Counted from the stretch's first letter, positions 18,959 to 29,552 are shown. The stretch: 64,000 nucleotides of DNA from Kiritimatiellia bacterium (GCA_031553315.1 JAVBLT010000001.1:4139-68138), one strand, 5' to 3'. Numbers and translations are program-made. The notes: a model not told the origin generated them from the letters alone.

Positions 18959-21118
18959 ATGGAACCGAGTTCTTTGGATGCAAAAATGGCTGCCGCCCTC
19001 GCGGCCTCCCCGATCCCCGTGGCCGACATGCTGGCAGAGCTTGCCGCCGTGGCGGCGCTCAACGCCCCCGCGGTCGAGAAAAACCTCAACGCGTTGATCG
19101 AGGCCGTGGAGAAAGCCAAAGATTTCCCCGGCGCCGTCGCCTGCATCCGCTCCGCCGGCCGCTGGTTCCCCGCCTACCCCCGCGTTAAAGCCCGCGACAC
19201 ACTCTGCCGCACCGCATCCTGCCGCCGCCAGCAAGCCTTCATCGAACACGTCGGCATCATGGAAGCCGCGTCGCTGATCGACGCGATGAACCGGCTCGAC
19301 ACTCTTGCCGCGCTCGAACCCGGTGACCTCGTTTTCAACAAATCCTGGGGCTTCGGCATCATCCGCAAAATCGACGATTTTTACGCAAAAATCATCGTAG
19401 ACTTCACCGACAAAACCGGCTACACCTTCGGCTTCGCCGTCGCCGGCGAGCACCTCATGTCGGCCCCCGCCGACCACATCATGACCCGCCTCCACACCGA
19501 CAAAGCCTCCGTTCTCGCCGCCGCCTCCGAGACCCCCGGCGAGCTCCTCAAACACGTGATCCGCAGCTACGGCCCCATGACCGTCGCCCGCATCGAAACC
19601 CTTCTCGACCAGACCGGCATCGTGCCCAAAGGCAAATGGAAGACCTTCTGGTCCGCCGCCCGCGCAGAACTCAAGGGCGACAAGAAAATCGCCATTCCCG
19701 CCAAGCGCACCGAAACCGTCCGCATCCTCGACCGCGAACAGGGCCACGACGACGCCTGGCTCGACGCCCTCCGCGCCAACCGCGAGCCTAAAAAGATTTA
19801 TGCCGAAATCGGCGACTACCTCGCCGCCACCGAAGACGCCCCCCTCGCCGGCGCCTGGCTCGAAACCATCGAGAACCGCACCCGCTTCGCCATCCTCGGC
19901 GCCTACAAAACCGACCCCGCCCTCTACGCCCAGACCATCCTCCTCCTCAACCGCCTGCGCACCACCGGCGAAAACGGCGCCATCGTCTCCGTCGCCACGC
20001 AGGCGGATCGCGACGCCGCCTGCGAACACCTGATCGACGAAGACCGCTTCCTCGCCGCCGCCCAGGATCTCTCCGCCCGCGACATCCACGGCATGCTCGA
20101 TTTCCTCGTGCGCAACTGCTCCCAGGCCCCGGCCCGCGTCCGCGCCGCCTTCCCTCAGATGACCAGCGTCTGCCTCACCGAGGCGCTCGCCGTGCTCAAA
20201 GCCGACCCCGAAGCCGGAGCCGAAGTCCGCCGCCTCCTGAAAGACGCCAACGCCGCCCCCACCCTCCTCGTGTGGGCCATCCGCAACCGCGAAGCCGCCG
20301 ACGCCTGGCAAGCTCCCGGCCTCTTCGAGCTCCTCATGCAAGCCGTCCACGTCATCGAGCAAAAGCACACCGGCGAATCCCTGCGCATGCGCAACACCCT
20401 CCAGCAGTTCTTCGACTCCCAGAAATGGCTCGAAGAGGTGATGAAACAGCTTAAACCCTTCGAGCAGAGCGTCCTCTTCGAACGCATCCAGGCCGCCTCC
20501 GCCTGGGAAACCACCTCCCAGCGCAGCGTGCTCAACCGCATGGTCCGCTTCAACCCCGAGCTTGCCAAATCACGCAAAGTGCTCGCCGCCGAAGCCCAGG
20601 CCGAACACTACACCTCCTGGCGCTCACTCGCCGAATACCGCAACCAATACGAACGCCTTGTCCGCATCGAAATGCCGAAAAACGCCCAAGACATCGCCGC
20701 CGCGCGAAGCTACGGCGACCTGCGCGAAAACTTCGAATACCAGGCCGCCAAGGATCACCAGCGCGTGCTCCTCAACCGCCAGGCCGAAATGGATCTCGAG
20801 CTCAAAACCATCAAAGGCACCGATTTCGCCGACGCCAAGACCGACGTAGCCATGCCCGGCACCCAGATCACCCTGAGAATGGAAGACGGCAAAATCCGCA
20901 TCTTCACCATTCTCGGCGAATGGGATCGCAACGAAAAGCTCAACATCATCTCCAACAAAAGCCGCCTCGCCCTTTCCGTGCTCGGAAAGCCCGCCGGCAC
21001 CACCGTCCTGGTTCCCTCCGCCCTGGGCGAGCTCCAGGCCTCCCTCGAAAAGGTCGAACCAATCAGCGACGCCGTCAGGACCTGGCTCTCCTCCGAGCCG
21101 CCCCCGGTTAAAGAGTAA
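18959..21118 (+). CDS. GreA/GreB-domain protein with ~570-aa N-terminal extension
   Basis: C-terminal 150 aa (YGDLRENFEYQAAKDHQRVLLNRQAEMDLELKT...GTQITLRMEDGK...LSVLGKPAGTTVLVP) matches the GreA coiled-coil tip plus FKBP-like domain; N-terminal 570 aa has no recognised motif; start could be 18941 (GTG) or 18986. Confidence 0.65.
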   Translation: MEPSSLDAKMAAALAASPIPVADMLAELAAVAALNAPAVEKNLNALIEAVEKAKDFPGAVACIRSAGRWFPAYPRVKARDTLCRTASCRRQQAFIEHVGIMEAASLIDAMNRLDTLAALEPGDLVFNKSWGFGIIRKIDDFYAKIIVDFTDKTGYTFGFAVAGEHLMSAPADHIMTRLHTDKASVLAAASETPGELLKHVIRSYGPMTVARIETLLDQTGIVPKGKWKTFWSAARAELKGDKKIAIPAKRTETVRILDREQGHDDAWLDALRANREPKKIYAEIGDYLAATEDAPLAGAWLETIENRTRFAILGAYKTDPALYAQTILLLNRLRTTGENGAIVSVATQADRDAACEHLIDEDRFLAAAQDLSARDIHGMLDFLVRNCSQAPARVRAAFPQMTSVCLTEALAVLKADPEAGAEVRRLLKDANAAPTLLVWAIRNREAADAWQAPGLFELLMQAVHVIEQKHTGESLRMRNTLQQFFDSQKWLEEVMKQLKPFEQSVLFERIQAASAWETTSQRSVLNRMVRFNPELAKSRKVLAAEAQAEHYTSWRSLAEYRNQYERLVRIEMPKNAQDIAAARSYGDLRENFEYQAAKDHQRVLLNRQAEMDLELKTIKGTDFADAKTDVAMPGTQITLRMEDGKIRIFTILGEWDRNEKLNIISNKSRLALSVLGKPAGTTVLVPSALGELQASLEKVEPISDAVRTWLSSEPPPVKE

Positions 21119-21120
21119 GC

Positions 21121-22137
21121 ATGAAACCGCCCCACAGCGAAGCCAGCCGCAACACGCGCCCGCGCGGCAACGCCGCGCGCGTGCTGCAAGCCCTGCACGC
21201 TTACCCCCGCATCCTCGTGACCGGCCACGTCCGGCCCGACGGCGACTCCGTCGGCTCCTCCGTCGCCCTCGTCCTCATCCTCCAGGCCCTCGGGCACCGC
21301 GCCGCCCTCTCCATCCTCCCCGAAACCGTCGGCGGCCCCCGCTTTCTCCTTCAAGGCCTCCCCAACATCGCCCCCGCCGACCTTGCCGCCGGCGATTTCG
21401 ACGCCGTGGTCGCCCTCGACAGCAGCGCCGATTACCGCATCCCCGACCACATCCAGCCCCTCCTCCAGCGCCTCCCCGTCATCACCATCGACCACCACGG
21501 CACCAACCCCGGCTTCGGCATCATCTCCTGGGTCGAAAGCAACGCCTCCTCCACCGGCGAGCTCATCTACCGCCTCGCCCACCACGCCAGGCTCCCCCTC
21601 ACCCCAGCCATCGCCGAAGCCCTCTGGGTCGCCGTAATCACCGACACAGGCCGCTTCGCCTACGACTCCACCCACCCCTCCACCCTGCGCATGGCCGCCC
21701 GCCTCCTCGCAGCCGGCGTCCGCACCGCCGAAATCAACGACAAAATCTACATCTTCGCCTCCCGCAACGCCCTCGACCTGAAAAGCCGCGCCTACCAATC
21801 CCTCCAGACCTGGTACGAGGACCGCGTCTCCCTCGTCTCCCTCACAGCGGCCGACTTCCGCGAAACCGGCTGCAACAAGAGCGATGTGGAAGACGTCGTC
21901 GACATTCCCCGCGCCATCGAAAACAGCCTCGTCAACCTCTTCTTCTACGAATCCAACAGCCAGCCCGGCGTCACCCGCCTCAGCATCCGCACCCGCGGCG
22001 CGTGCGACGCCACCCTCCTCGCCGCCCAATTCGGCGGCGGCGGCCACTACCGCGCCGCCGGGTGCGACATCCCCGGCGACCTGCCCGCCGCCCGGCAAAC
22101 CGTCAAACAAGCCCTCGCCACCTGGTTCACACGCTAA
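21121..22137 (+). CDS. nrnA: DHH/DHHA1 phosphoesterase (NrnA-like oligoribonuclease/pAp phosphatase)
   Basis: 338 aa; DHH motifs ILVTGHVRPDGDSVGS, ALDSS, ITIDHHGTN; DHHA1 C-terminus with GGGH. Confidence 0.8.
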   Translation: MKPPHSEASRNTRPRGNAARVLQALHAYPRILVTGHVRPDGDSVGSSVALVLILQALGHRAALSILPETVGGPRFLLQGLPNIAPADLAAGDFDAVVALDSSADYRIPDHIQPLLQRLPVITIDHHGTNPGFGIISWVESNASSTGELIYRLAHHARLPLTPAIAEALWVAVITDTGRFAYDSTHPSTLRMAARLLAAGVRTAEINDKIYIFASRNALDLKSRAYQSLQTWYEDRVSLVSLTAADFRETGCNKSDVEDVVDIPRAIENSLVNLFFYESNSQPGVTRLSIRTRGACDATLLAAQFGGGGHYRAAGCDIPGDLPAARQTVKQALATWFTR

Positions 22138-22141
22138 CGCC

Positions 22142-23101
22142 ATGCAAAAAACACCCACCGTCTCCATCGGCCTGCCCGCCTACAAAGCCGCCTACTTCAG
22201 AACCGCCATCGAAAGCCTCCTCGCCCAGACCTACCCGCACTTCGAGCTCATCATCGTAAACGACGCCTCCCCCGAAGACCTCACCGCCATCGTCAATTCA
22301 TACACCGACCCCCGCATCCGCTACTACATCAACGAAGAAAACCTCGGCAAAACCTGCATCGTCAAAACCTGGAACCGCTGCCTCTCCTACGCCACCGGCG
22401 ATTACTTCGTCCTCGCCTCCGACGACGACATCTACCACCCCCGATTCCTCGAAAAGCTCATCGCGCGCGCCCTTGAGCAACCCGCCACCAACGTCTTCCA
22501 CTGCCGCATCAGCGTCGTCGACGAAAACGAAAACCTCCTCAGCGTGGCCCTCCCCTGCCTCACCCACGAAAGCCAGCTCGAATTCATCTTCAACCGCACC
22601 GTCCTGCGCCGCCAGCAAGTCGCCCCCGACTTCATGAGCCGCACCAGCCGCCTGCGTGAAATCGGCGGCTTCATCGAGCTCCCCCTCGGCTGGTACAGCG
22701 ACGACCTCACCTGGTTCCACCTCGCCGACCACGGCGTCGGCTACATCGAAGACCCCCTCTTCAAATGGCGCCTCTCCAAAATCAACATCTCCGGCTCCCC
22801 CGCCCAAGGCGAACAAAAAGCCCTCGCCGCCTTCGAATTCCACCGCCGCCTCTTCGACCTCATCCGCACCCTCGCCCCCGCCAACGAACGCGAAGCCTAC
22901 TGGCTCGGCAAAATCAACGCAAAAGGCCCCAGCGCGATCTTCATCCAGATGGTGAACGACATCCTCCCCCTCACCCACCTCCATTTCTGCAAGCTCTTCC
23001 TCCAGTTTGCCCGCCGCCGCGACTACCCCCGCCGCTTCCTCCCCTACATGCTCTTCAAAAAAATACAGCACACACTCGGCATCGAATTCCACTGGCCCTG
23101 A
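22142..23101 (+). CDS. family 2 glycosyltransferase
   Basis: VSIGLPAYKAAYFRTAIESLLAQTYPHFELIIVNDASPED and DxD (LASDDDIYHP) motifs of GT2. Confidence 0.8.
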   Translation: MQKTPTVSIGLPAYKAAYFRTAIESLLAQTYPHFELIIVNDASPEDLTAIVNSYTDPRIRYYINEENLGKTCIVKTWNRCLSYATGDYFVLASDDDIYHPRFLEKLIARALEQPATNVFHCRISVVDENENLLSVALPCLTHESQLEFIFNRTVLRRQQVAPDFMSRTSRLREIGGFIELPLGWYSDDLTWFHLADHGVGYIEDPLFKWRLSKINISGSPAQGEQKALAAFEFHRRLFDLIRTLAPANEREAYWLGKINAKGPSAIFIQMVNDILPLTHLHFCKLFLQFARRRDYPRRFLPYMLFKKIQHTLGIEFHWP

Positions 23102-23170
23102 GAAACACCCTTTACCTTCAATCAGCAATCCGGTATAGTATCAGGCGTTAGAACCGATATAGGAGACGCC

Positions 23171-25258
23171 ATGAACGTGACCGCCCTCTTCCCCATCCTC
23201 ATCGCCGGCAGCCTCTTCGCCGCCCCCGCCCGCCACCCCAGCTACGAACCCGACCCCCCGACCCCCGCCCTCGGCGGCCCCCAAAACCTCTTCCTCAACG
23301 CCAAAACAACCGCCAAAGACCACTGGTCCGACCGCACCCCCGCCCTCGCCGTCAACGGAAAAACCACCCCCGACAACCACTGGGCCAGCGACACCCTCCC
23401 CTCCTGGCACAGGATCGACCTCGAAAAAATCCAAACCCTCTCCACAATCCGCATCATCCCCTATTGGCCCGACGGCCGCATTTACCAGTTCCACATCGAA
23501 GCCTCGACCGACGGCCAAACCTGGATCACCCTCGCCGACCAGCGCGCCAACTCAATCAACACCGGCCCCAGCGGCTTCACCTTCACCTTCGACCCCACCC
23601 CCGCCCGCCACATCCGCACCACCTTCACCGGCAACACCGCCAACAACGCCGGCCACATCGTCGCCATCGAAGGCTACGCCGCAAAAATCGACCCCGCCGC
23701 CATCACCCTCCACCCCGGCCAGCGCTGGAAACGCTACCACCGCGACCAACCCGCCGACCTTGCCGGCGCCCCCACCGCCATCACCCTCCGCGGCTGGAAA
23801 GGCGAACGCGTCAACGCCATCGCCGTCGCCCAATCCCCCGAAAGCTTCAAAGAACTCATCATCGAACCCTGCACCCTCACCGGCCCGAAAGGCGAACAAA
23901 TCCCCGTAAAGGTCGACATCATCCGCTACACCCTCGCCAACGGAAACCTCACCCCCGACATCCTCGACGGCACCACCCAAACCACCTTCAAAGGCATCAC
24001 CCGCCCCCTCTTCATCAGCATCGACATCCCCCCCGCCGCCCCCCCCGCCGCCCACGGCACCCTCACCCTCCACATCAACGGCAACACCCGCACCCTCCCC
24101 ATCACCCTCAAGGTCGACGACCTCACCCTCCCCCCTCCCCCCCAATGGGTCAGCCATATCGACATCTGGCAACACCCCCACGCCGTCGCCCGCTGGCACG
24201 ACGTCCCCCCCTGGTCCCCCCAGCACCTCGCCCTCATGAAACCCGGCCTCAAACACCTCGCCGGCATCGGCCAGAAAACCATCACCGCCACCCTCATCGA
24301 CGAAGCCTGGAACAGCCAGACCTACGACCGCTTCCCCTCCATGATCCAATGGATCAAAAACCCCGACGGCACCTTCACCTACGACTACACCGCCTTCGAC
24401 ACCTGGGTCAGCTTCATGATCAGCGAAATCGGCATCAACAGCCAGATCTCCTGCTACACCATGCTCCCCTGGACCCTCACCTTCCCCTACTACGACAAAA
24501 CCCTCAACCGCACCATCTCCCCCCGCCTCCAGCCCGGCACCCCCCAATACGAAGCCCACTGGGGCCCCTTCCTCACCGACTTCACCACCCACCTCCGCCA
24601 AAAAGGCTGGCTCGGCATCGCCACAATCGCCATCGACGAACGCCCCGACAACCAAATCAAACCCGCCCTCGCCATCCTCAAAAAATACGCCCCCCAGCTC
24701 CGAATCACCTCCGCCTGCAACGCCCCCAGCGCCATCAACGAAGAATTTCACGACGTCTCCTACATCTTCACCCACGCCGAAAAAGCCGCCGCCCTCGCCG
24801 CCCAGCGCCGCGCCCAAGGCAAAAAAACCACCTACTACGTCTGCGTCCACCCCTTCCGCCCCAACACCTTCCTCGTATCCGACCTCGCCGAATCCGAATG
24901 GTTCCCCACCATGGCCGCCCACTACGGGTTCGACGGCATCCTCCGCTGGGCCTACCAATCCTGGGTTGAAAACCCCCTCCACACCACCGACTACACCGCC
25001 TTCCCCACCGGCGACACCGCCCTCATCTACCCCGGCGACCGCTCCTCCCTCCGCCTCGAATACCTGCGCGACGGCATCGAAACCCTCGAAAAATTCCACA
25101 TCCTGCGCACCATCGCCACCCCCCAGCAACGCGCCCCCATCGAAAAAGCCATCCAAGCCTTCACCGTCAAACGCGGCGGCACCCCCGGCATCCACGCCAG
25201 CGACCTCATCCCCCTGCACACCGCCCTCGACCACGTCGCCGACAACCTCGCGAAATAA
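23171..25258 (+). CDS. secreted protein: N-terminal F5/8 type C (discoidin/CBM32-like) domain plus DUF4091-like putative glycoside hydrolase domain
   Basis: signal peptide MNVTALFPILIAGSLFAAPA; discoidin-like block HWSDRTPALAVNGKT...NHWASD...WHRIDLEK...IPYW; the family of the C-terminal 450 aa is uncertain. Confidence 0.55.
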   Translation: MNVTALFPILIAGSLFAAPARHPSYEPDPPTPALGGPQNLFLNAKTTAKDHWSDRTPALAVNGKTTPDNHWASDTLPSWHRIDLEKIQTLSTIRIIPYWPDGRIYQFHIEASTDGQTWITLADQRANSINTGPSGFTFTFDPTPARHIRTTFTGNTANNAGHIVAIEGYAAKIDPAAITLHPGQRWKRYHRDQPADLAGAPTAITLRGWKGERVNAIAVAQSPESFKELIIEPCTLTGPKGEQIPVKVDIIRYTLANGNLTPDILDGTTQTTFKGITRPLFISIDIPPAAPPAAHGTLTLHINGNTRTLPITLKVDDLTLPPPPQWVSHIDIWQHPHAVARWHDVPPWSPQHLALMKPGLKHLAGIGQKTITATLIDEAWNSQTYDRFPSMIQWIKNPDGTFTYDYTAFDTWVSFMISEIGINSQISCYTMLPWTLTFPYYDKTLNRTISPRLQPGTPQYEAHWGPFLTDFTTHLRQKGWLGIATIAIDERPDNQIKPALAILKKYAPQLRITSACNAPSAINEEFHDVSYIFTHAEKAAALAAQRRAQGKKTTYYVCVHPFRPNTFLVSDLAESEWFPTMAAHYGFDGILRWAYQSWVENPLHTTDYTAFPTGDTALIYPGDRSSLRLEYLRDGIETLEKFHILRTIATPQQRAPIEKAIQAFTVKRGGTPGIHASDLIPLHTALDHVADNLAK

Positions 25259-25460
25259 CCCATGCACAGCGGCATAGACAACGTCGTCATCTGCGCCTCC
25301 GCCGGCTCAGGCAAAACCTACCAGCTCGCCCAGCGCTACATCAGCCTCCTCCGCCAAGGCGTCCCACCCGAACGCATCTGCGCCCTCACCTTCACCCGCA
25401 AAGCCGCCGGAGAAATGTTCGATAAAATCGTAGAAGCCCTCCTCCGCGCCCAACACGAAG

Positions 25461-25472
25461 CCCCCCCCCCCC
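25461..25472 (+). repeat. homopolymeric C12 tract at the first frameshift site of the helicase gene
   Basis: 12 consecutive C; reading frame changes from phase A to phase B across it. Confidence 0.8.
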
Positions 25473-27447
25473 GAAGCCCAAACCCTCACCCACATCCTCC
25501 GCAAACTCCTCCACGCCATCCCCCGCCTCCAAATCGCCACCCTCGACTCCTTCGCCTCCGGCATGGCCCGCGCATTCGCCTTCGAGCTCGGCCTCCCCGC
25601 CGCCATCACCCTCATGGACACCCAATCCCCCGAAGGCCGCGAAGAACAAGCCAAGCTCCTCGCCAACCTCACCGACCCCCGCCGCATCACCAAAAAAGCC
25701 CGCAACGACCTCCTCAAAGCCCTCACCCTCGCCACCCACGGCCAAGCCAGCAAAAAAAGCATCGAAACCACCCTCCAAACCTTCCTCGACCACTACGCCC
25801 CCACCCTCCGCGCCACCGCCCGCCACTGGGGCGACCTCACCCGCGCCTTCCCCCAAGGCCACCCCCGCCCCATCGCCGACCCCAGCCACCGCCGGCAGCT
25901 CCTCCAAACCGCCCAAACCAGCCTCCAGGCCGAAGCCCCCCAAATCGCCGACCGCCTCCTGCCCACCCTCCGCGCCTGCGCCCAATTCACCCCCGACCAC
26001 CCCCTGCCCAAATTTGAAGAGACCCTCCCCAAACAGCTCCTCACCCTCCTCGACCCCAGCCAAACCACCCTCACCTACAACCGCAAAACCTACCCCCTCA
26101 GCCAGCAAACCCTCACCCCCATCCGCGCCCTCCTCACCCACCTCGCCGCCACCGACCTCCAGCGCCACGCCCGCCAGACACACGGCATCGCCCTCGCCCT
26201 CGAACCCTACCTCCAGCTCGAAAGCAACCACATCATCCGCACCGGCCGCATGACCTTCGACGACCTCACCCGCCTCCTCACCCTCGCCGACGCCACCTTC
26301 ACCTCCGCCCACCCCACCCTCCTCGAAAAACGAATCTACATCGACTTCCGCATGGACACCCGCCTCGACCACTACATGCTCGACGAATTCCAAGACACCA
26401 GCGACCGCCAGTGGCAGCTCCTCCAACCCCTCATCAGCGAAGTCGTCACCCCCCCCCCCGGCGAAAAACGCTCCTTCTTCTACGTCGGCGACGTCAAACA
26501 ATCCATCTACGGCTGGCGCGGCGGCAACTACCACCTCTTCGGCCAGATCCACGACCAATACCGCCCCTGGCTCACCCAGCGCCAGCTCAACCAATCCTTC
26601 CGCTCCTCCCCCCCCGTCATCCAAACCATCAACCACGCCTTCGACCTCACCCGCCTCACCCAAACAACCCGCCAAAACCTCCCCCCCGCCACCCTCCAAT
26701 TCTGGCAAAACCAGTGGCAGCCCCACACCATCTCCCCCAAAAGCAAACCCCGCAACGGCATCGCCGAGCTCATCACCCACCCCCCCGGCGCCCCCGCCTC
26801 CGACACCATCGGCGACATCCTCCGCCACCTCCAAAGCCACGGCCCCAAACAGCTCAGCATCGCCATCCTCACCCGCAGCAACGACCAAGGCGCACACCTC
26901 GCCCAAGCCCTCAAAAGCCAAGGCTTCCCCATAGCCCTCGAAGGCAACCGCGACATCCTCGACTCCCCCCTCATCCACCTCGCCATCTCCTTCCTCCGCG
27001 CCATCAGCCACCCCGCCGACACCGCCGCCTGGGGCCACCTCCTCATCAGCCCCCTCGCCGCCACCTACGCCCCCGCCTGCGGCACCCCCACCGAACCCGG
27101 CACCCAAGCCCTCCGCACCGCCTTCTCCCACACCCACCTCCGCCACCTCCACCGCCACGGCCTCCAAAACCTCCTCAACAACCACCTCCTCCCCTTCCTC
27201 TGCCCCCAAACCTTCACCCCCCACGACACCCGCCGCTGGCGCGACCTCCTCCGCCTCGCCCGCCACGCCGACCAAAACGGCGACACCGACCTCGACACCT
27301 TCCTCCGCGCCATCCAAAGCCACACCATCCAAGACACCCCCACCGCCGGCACCATCCGCATCATGACCATCCACAAATCCAAAGGCCTCGGCTTCAACAT
27401 CGTCATCCTCCCCTTCCCCGAGCACGGCGAATCCCTCTCCAACCCCG

Positions 27448-27458
27448 CCCCCCCCCCC
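27448..27458 (+). repeat. homopolymeric C11 tract at the second frameshift site of the helicase gene
   Basis: 11 consecutive C; reading frame returns to the original phase across it. Confidence 0.8.
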
Positions 27459-28422
27459 TCCTCACCGGCCCCGACTGGGCCCTCCTCCGCCCCCACCCCC
27501 CCACCTGCAAGCTCCTCCCCCCCATCACCCAACACGACCAGCCCGCCCGCGCCGACAAAGCCTACGAAACCCTCGCCACCCTCTACGTCGCCCTCACCCG
27601 CGCCGAAAACGCCCTCTACATGATCCTCCCCCCCCCACCCAAAACAGAAACCACCATCCGCCCCGCCACCCTCCTACGCGAGACCCTCGCCGGCCAAACC
27701 CAAGGCACCTACCCCTCCGGCGCCGAAATCCACTACCGCCAAGGCGACCCCCACTGGCACCAAACCATCGCCCCCCTCCCCACAGCCACCCCCGCCCCAC
27801 CCTTCGACCCCGCCACCCTCAACCTACCCCCCGGGCACCCCCGGCCCAAACGCTTCGAGCCCTCCGCCACCCCCCCCCACCCCCAAACCATCGCCAGCCT
27901 CCTCGACCCCGCCCAAATCGCCATACGCGATTTCGGCACCGCCATCCACCGCCTCTTCAGCCGCATCCGCTGGCTCACCGACACCGACCTCGAAACCCAG
28001 ATCGCCACCTGGAAAGCAACCGCCCCCGAAGACCCCCAAATCATCCGCGACGCCGAAACCCAATTCCGCCACGCCATCACCCAGCCCCCCATCCGCGCCG
28101 CCCTCACCCCCCCCCCCACCCCCTGCACACTCTGGCTCGAAACCCCCTTCACCACCCGCCTCAGCCCCAGCCAATACATCGGCGGCCGCTTTGACCGCGT
28201 CCACATCCACCCCCACCGCGCCGAAATCTTCGACTACAAAAGCAGCCTCGTCGACACCCCCGCCCAAGCCCGCCACGCCGCCCAAACCTACCACCCCCAA
28301 ATGGCCCTCTACCGCCTCGCCCTCGCCCGCCTCCTCAACCTCCCCCCCCCCGCCATCACCGCCCACCTCCTCTTCACCCGCACCGGCCAACGCATCACCC
28401 TCACCTTCCAGGATTGATCGCC

Positions 28423-29343
28423 ATGCACCTCACCACCACCCCCGCCCACACCGGCACCCGCCTCGACGCCACCCTCGCCGCCCACCTCCCCCACTACCCC
28501 CGCCCCCTCCTGAAAGACGCCTTCGCCGCCGGCCTCATCCACGTCAACAACCGCCCCGCCCCCAAAGGCCTCATCCTCCAGCCCCACATGACCATCGACC
28601 TCAGCCGCCTCCCCCCCCCCGCCAGCCAATTTGCCCACCCCAACCCCGACCTCCCCCTTCCCCTCATCCACCAAGACCCCCACCTCCTCGCCTTCAACAA
28701 ACCCGCCGGCATACCCTGCCACCCCAACCGCCGCACCGAGCGCCACACCCTCGCCAACGCCATCGCCCACCACTACCCCACCCTCCTCGGCCTGGGCGAC
28801 ACCCCCCTCATGACCGGCATCCTCCACCGCATCGACACCCACACCTCCGGCCTCACCCTCGCCGCCCGCACCCCACACGCCTACACCCACCTCCGCCGCC
28901 AATTCCAGGCCCACACCATCGAAAAAATCTACCACGCCCTCGTCATCGGCACCCTCACCCGCCCCGCCACCCTCCGCCACAACCTCGCCCACCACCCCAC
29001 CTGCCCCGGCCGCATCATCAACGCCGACCACTGGCACGCCCCCCCCCGCCCCATGCCCGCCACCACCGCCTACACCCCCCTCAGCCACCACACCCTCAGC
29101 GGGCGCCCCTACACCCTCCTGGAAGTCACCATCCACACCGGCGTCACCCACCAGATCCGCGCCCAGCTCAGCTTCAGCGGCCACCCCATCCTGGGCGACA
29201 CCCGCTACGGCGCCCCCCCCCACCCCGCCTTCCCCCGCCACTTCCTCCACGCCAGCGCCCTCACCCTCCTCCACCCCCAAACCAGCCACCCCATCACCCT
29301 GCGCGCCCCCCTTCCCCCCGACCTCCAGCAACTTCTCACCTGA
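28423..29343 (+). CDS. RluA-family pseudouridine synthase
   Basis: HQDPHLLAFNKPAGIPCHP and LHRIDTHTSGLTLAART (catalytic Asp motif); overlaps the helicase stop. Confidence 0.8.
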   Translation: MHLTTTPAHTGTRLDATLAAHLPHYPRPLLKDAFAAGLIHVNNRPAPKGLILQPHMTIDLSRLPPPASQFAHPNPDLPLPLIHQDPHLLAFNKPAGIPCHPNRRTERHTLANAIAHHYPTLLGLGDTPLMTGILHRIDTHTSGLTLAARTPHAYTHLRRQFQAHTIEKIYHALVIGTLTRPATLRHNLAHHPTCPGRIINADHWHAPPRPMPATTAYTPLSHHTLSGRPYTLLEVTIHTGVTHQIRAQLSFSGHPILGDTRYGAPPHPAFPRHFLHASALTLLHPQTSHPITLRAPLPPDLQQLLT

Positions 29344-29348
29344 AAAGT

Positions 29349-29377
29349 TTGACACTCCCCCCGCATTCTGTTATTCT
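29349..29377 (+). promoter_or_regulatory. sigma70-like promoter for tRNA-Thr (TTGACA-17 nt-TATTCT)
   Basis: TTGACA at 29349-29354, TATTCT at 29372-29377, 16 nt before the tRNA. Confidence 0.45.
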
Positions 29378-29393
29378 CCTTCCCACATTTACC

Positions 29394-29469
29394 GCCGGGT
29401 TAGCTCAGTTGGTAGAGCAGCTGATTTGTAATCAGCAGGTCGTCGGTTCGAGTCCGGCCCCCGGCTCCA
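29394..29469 (+). tRNA. tRNA-Thr (anticodon TGT)
   Basis: GCCGGGTTAGCTCAGTTGGTAGAGCAGCTGATTTGTAATCAGCAGGTCGTCGGTTCGAGTCCGGCCCCCGGCTCCA. Confidence 0.85.
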
Positions 29470-29552
29470 AATAACAAAATAAAAATCAATTATTTAATCA
29501 AAACAAGCCCAAATAAAAACAGTCAAGCAATTCAAAAATTTCTGACAGCTTC

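Larger units (their letters stand above)
25262..28417 (+). pseudogene. UvrD/AddA-type helicase with C-terminal PD-(D/E)xK nuclease, read through two frameshifts (possibly phase-variable or assembly error)
   Basis: frame A 25262-25472 (Walker A ICASAGSGKTYQLAQRY, ALTFTRKAAGEM); frame B 25473-27447 (IATLDSFA, LDEFQDTSDRQWQLL, VGDVKQSIYGWRGG); frame C 27459-28417 (YVALTRAENALY motif VI; GRFDRV...EIFDYKSS nuclease motif); the shifts lie in a C12 run at 25461-25472 and a C11 run at 27448-27458. Confidence 0.6.

Noticed and set aside
23552-27425. Long minus-strand Gly/Ala/Glu-rich ORFs (23552-25267, 25392-27425)
   Set aside because: Shadow frames of the discoidin and helicase genes; no motifs; composition artefact.
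22000-29400. Poly-C/Pro-rich repeats as a possible CRISPR array or tandem-repeat locus
   Set aside because: There is no direct-repeat/spacer periodicity. The tracts are homopolymers inside coding frames encoding Pro runs.
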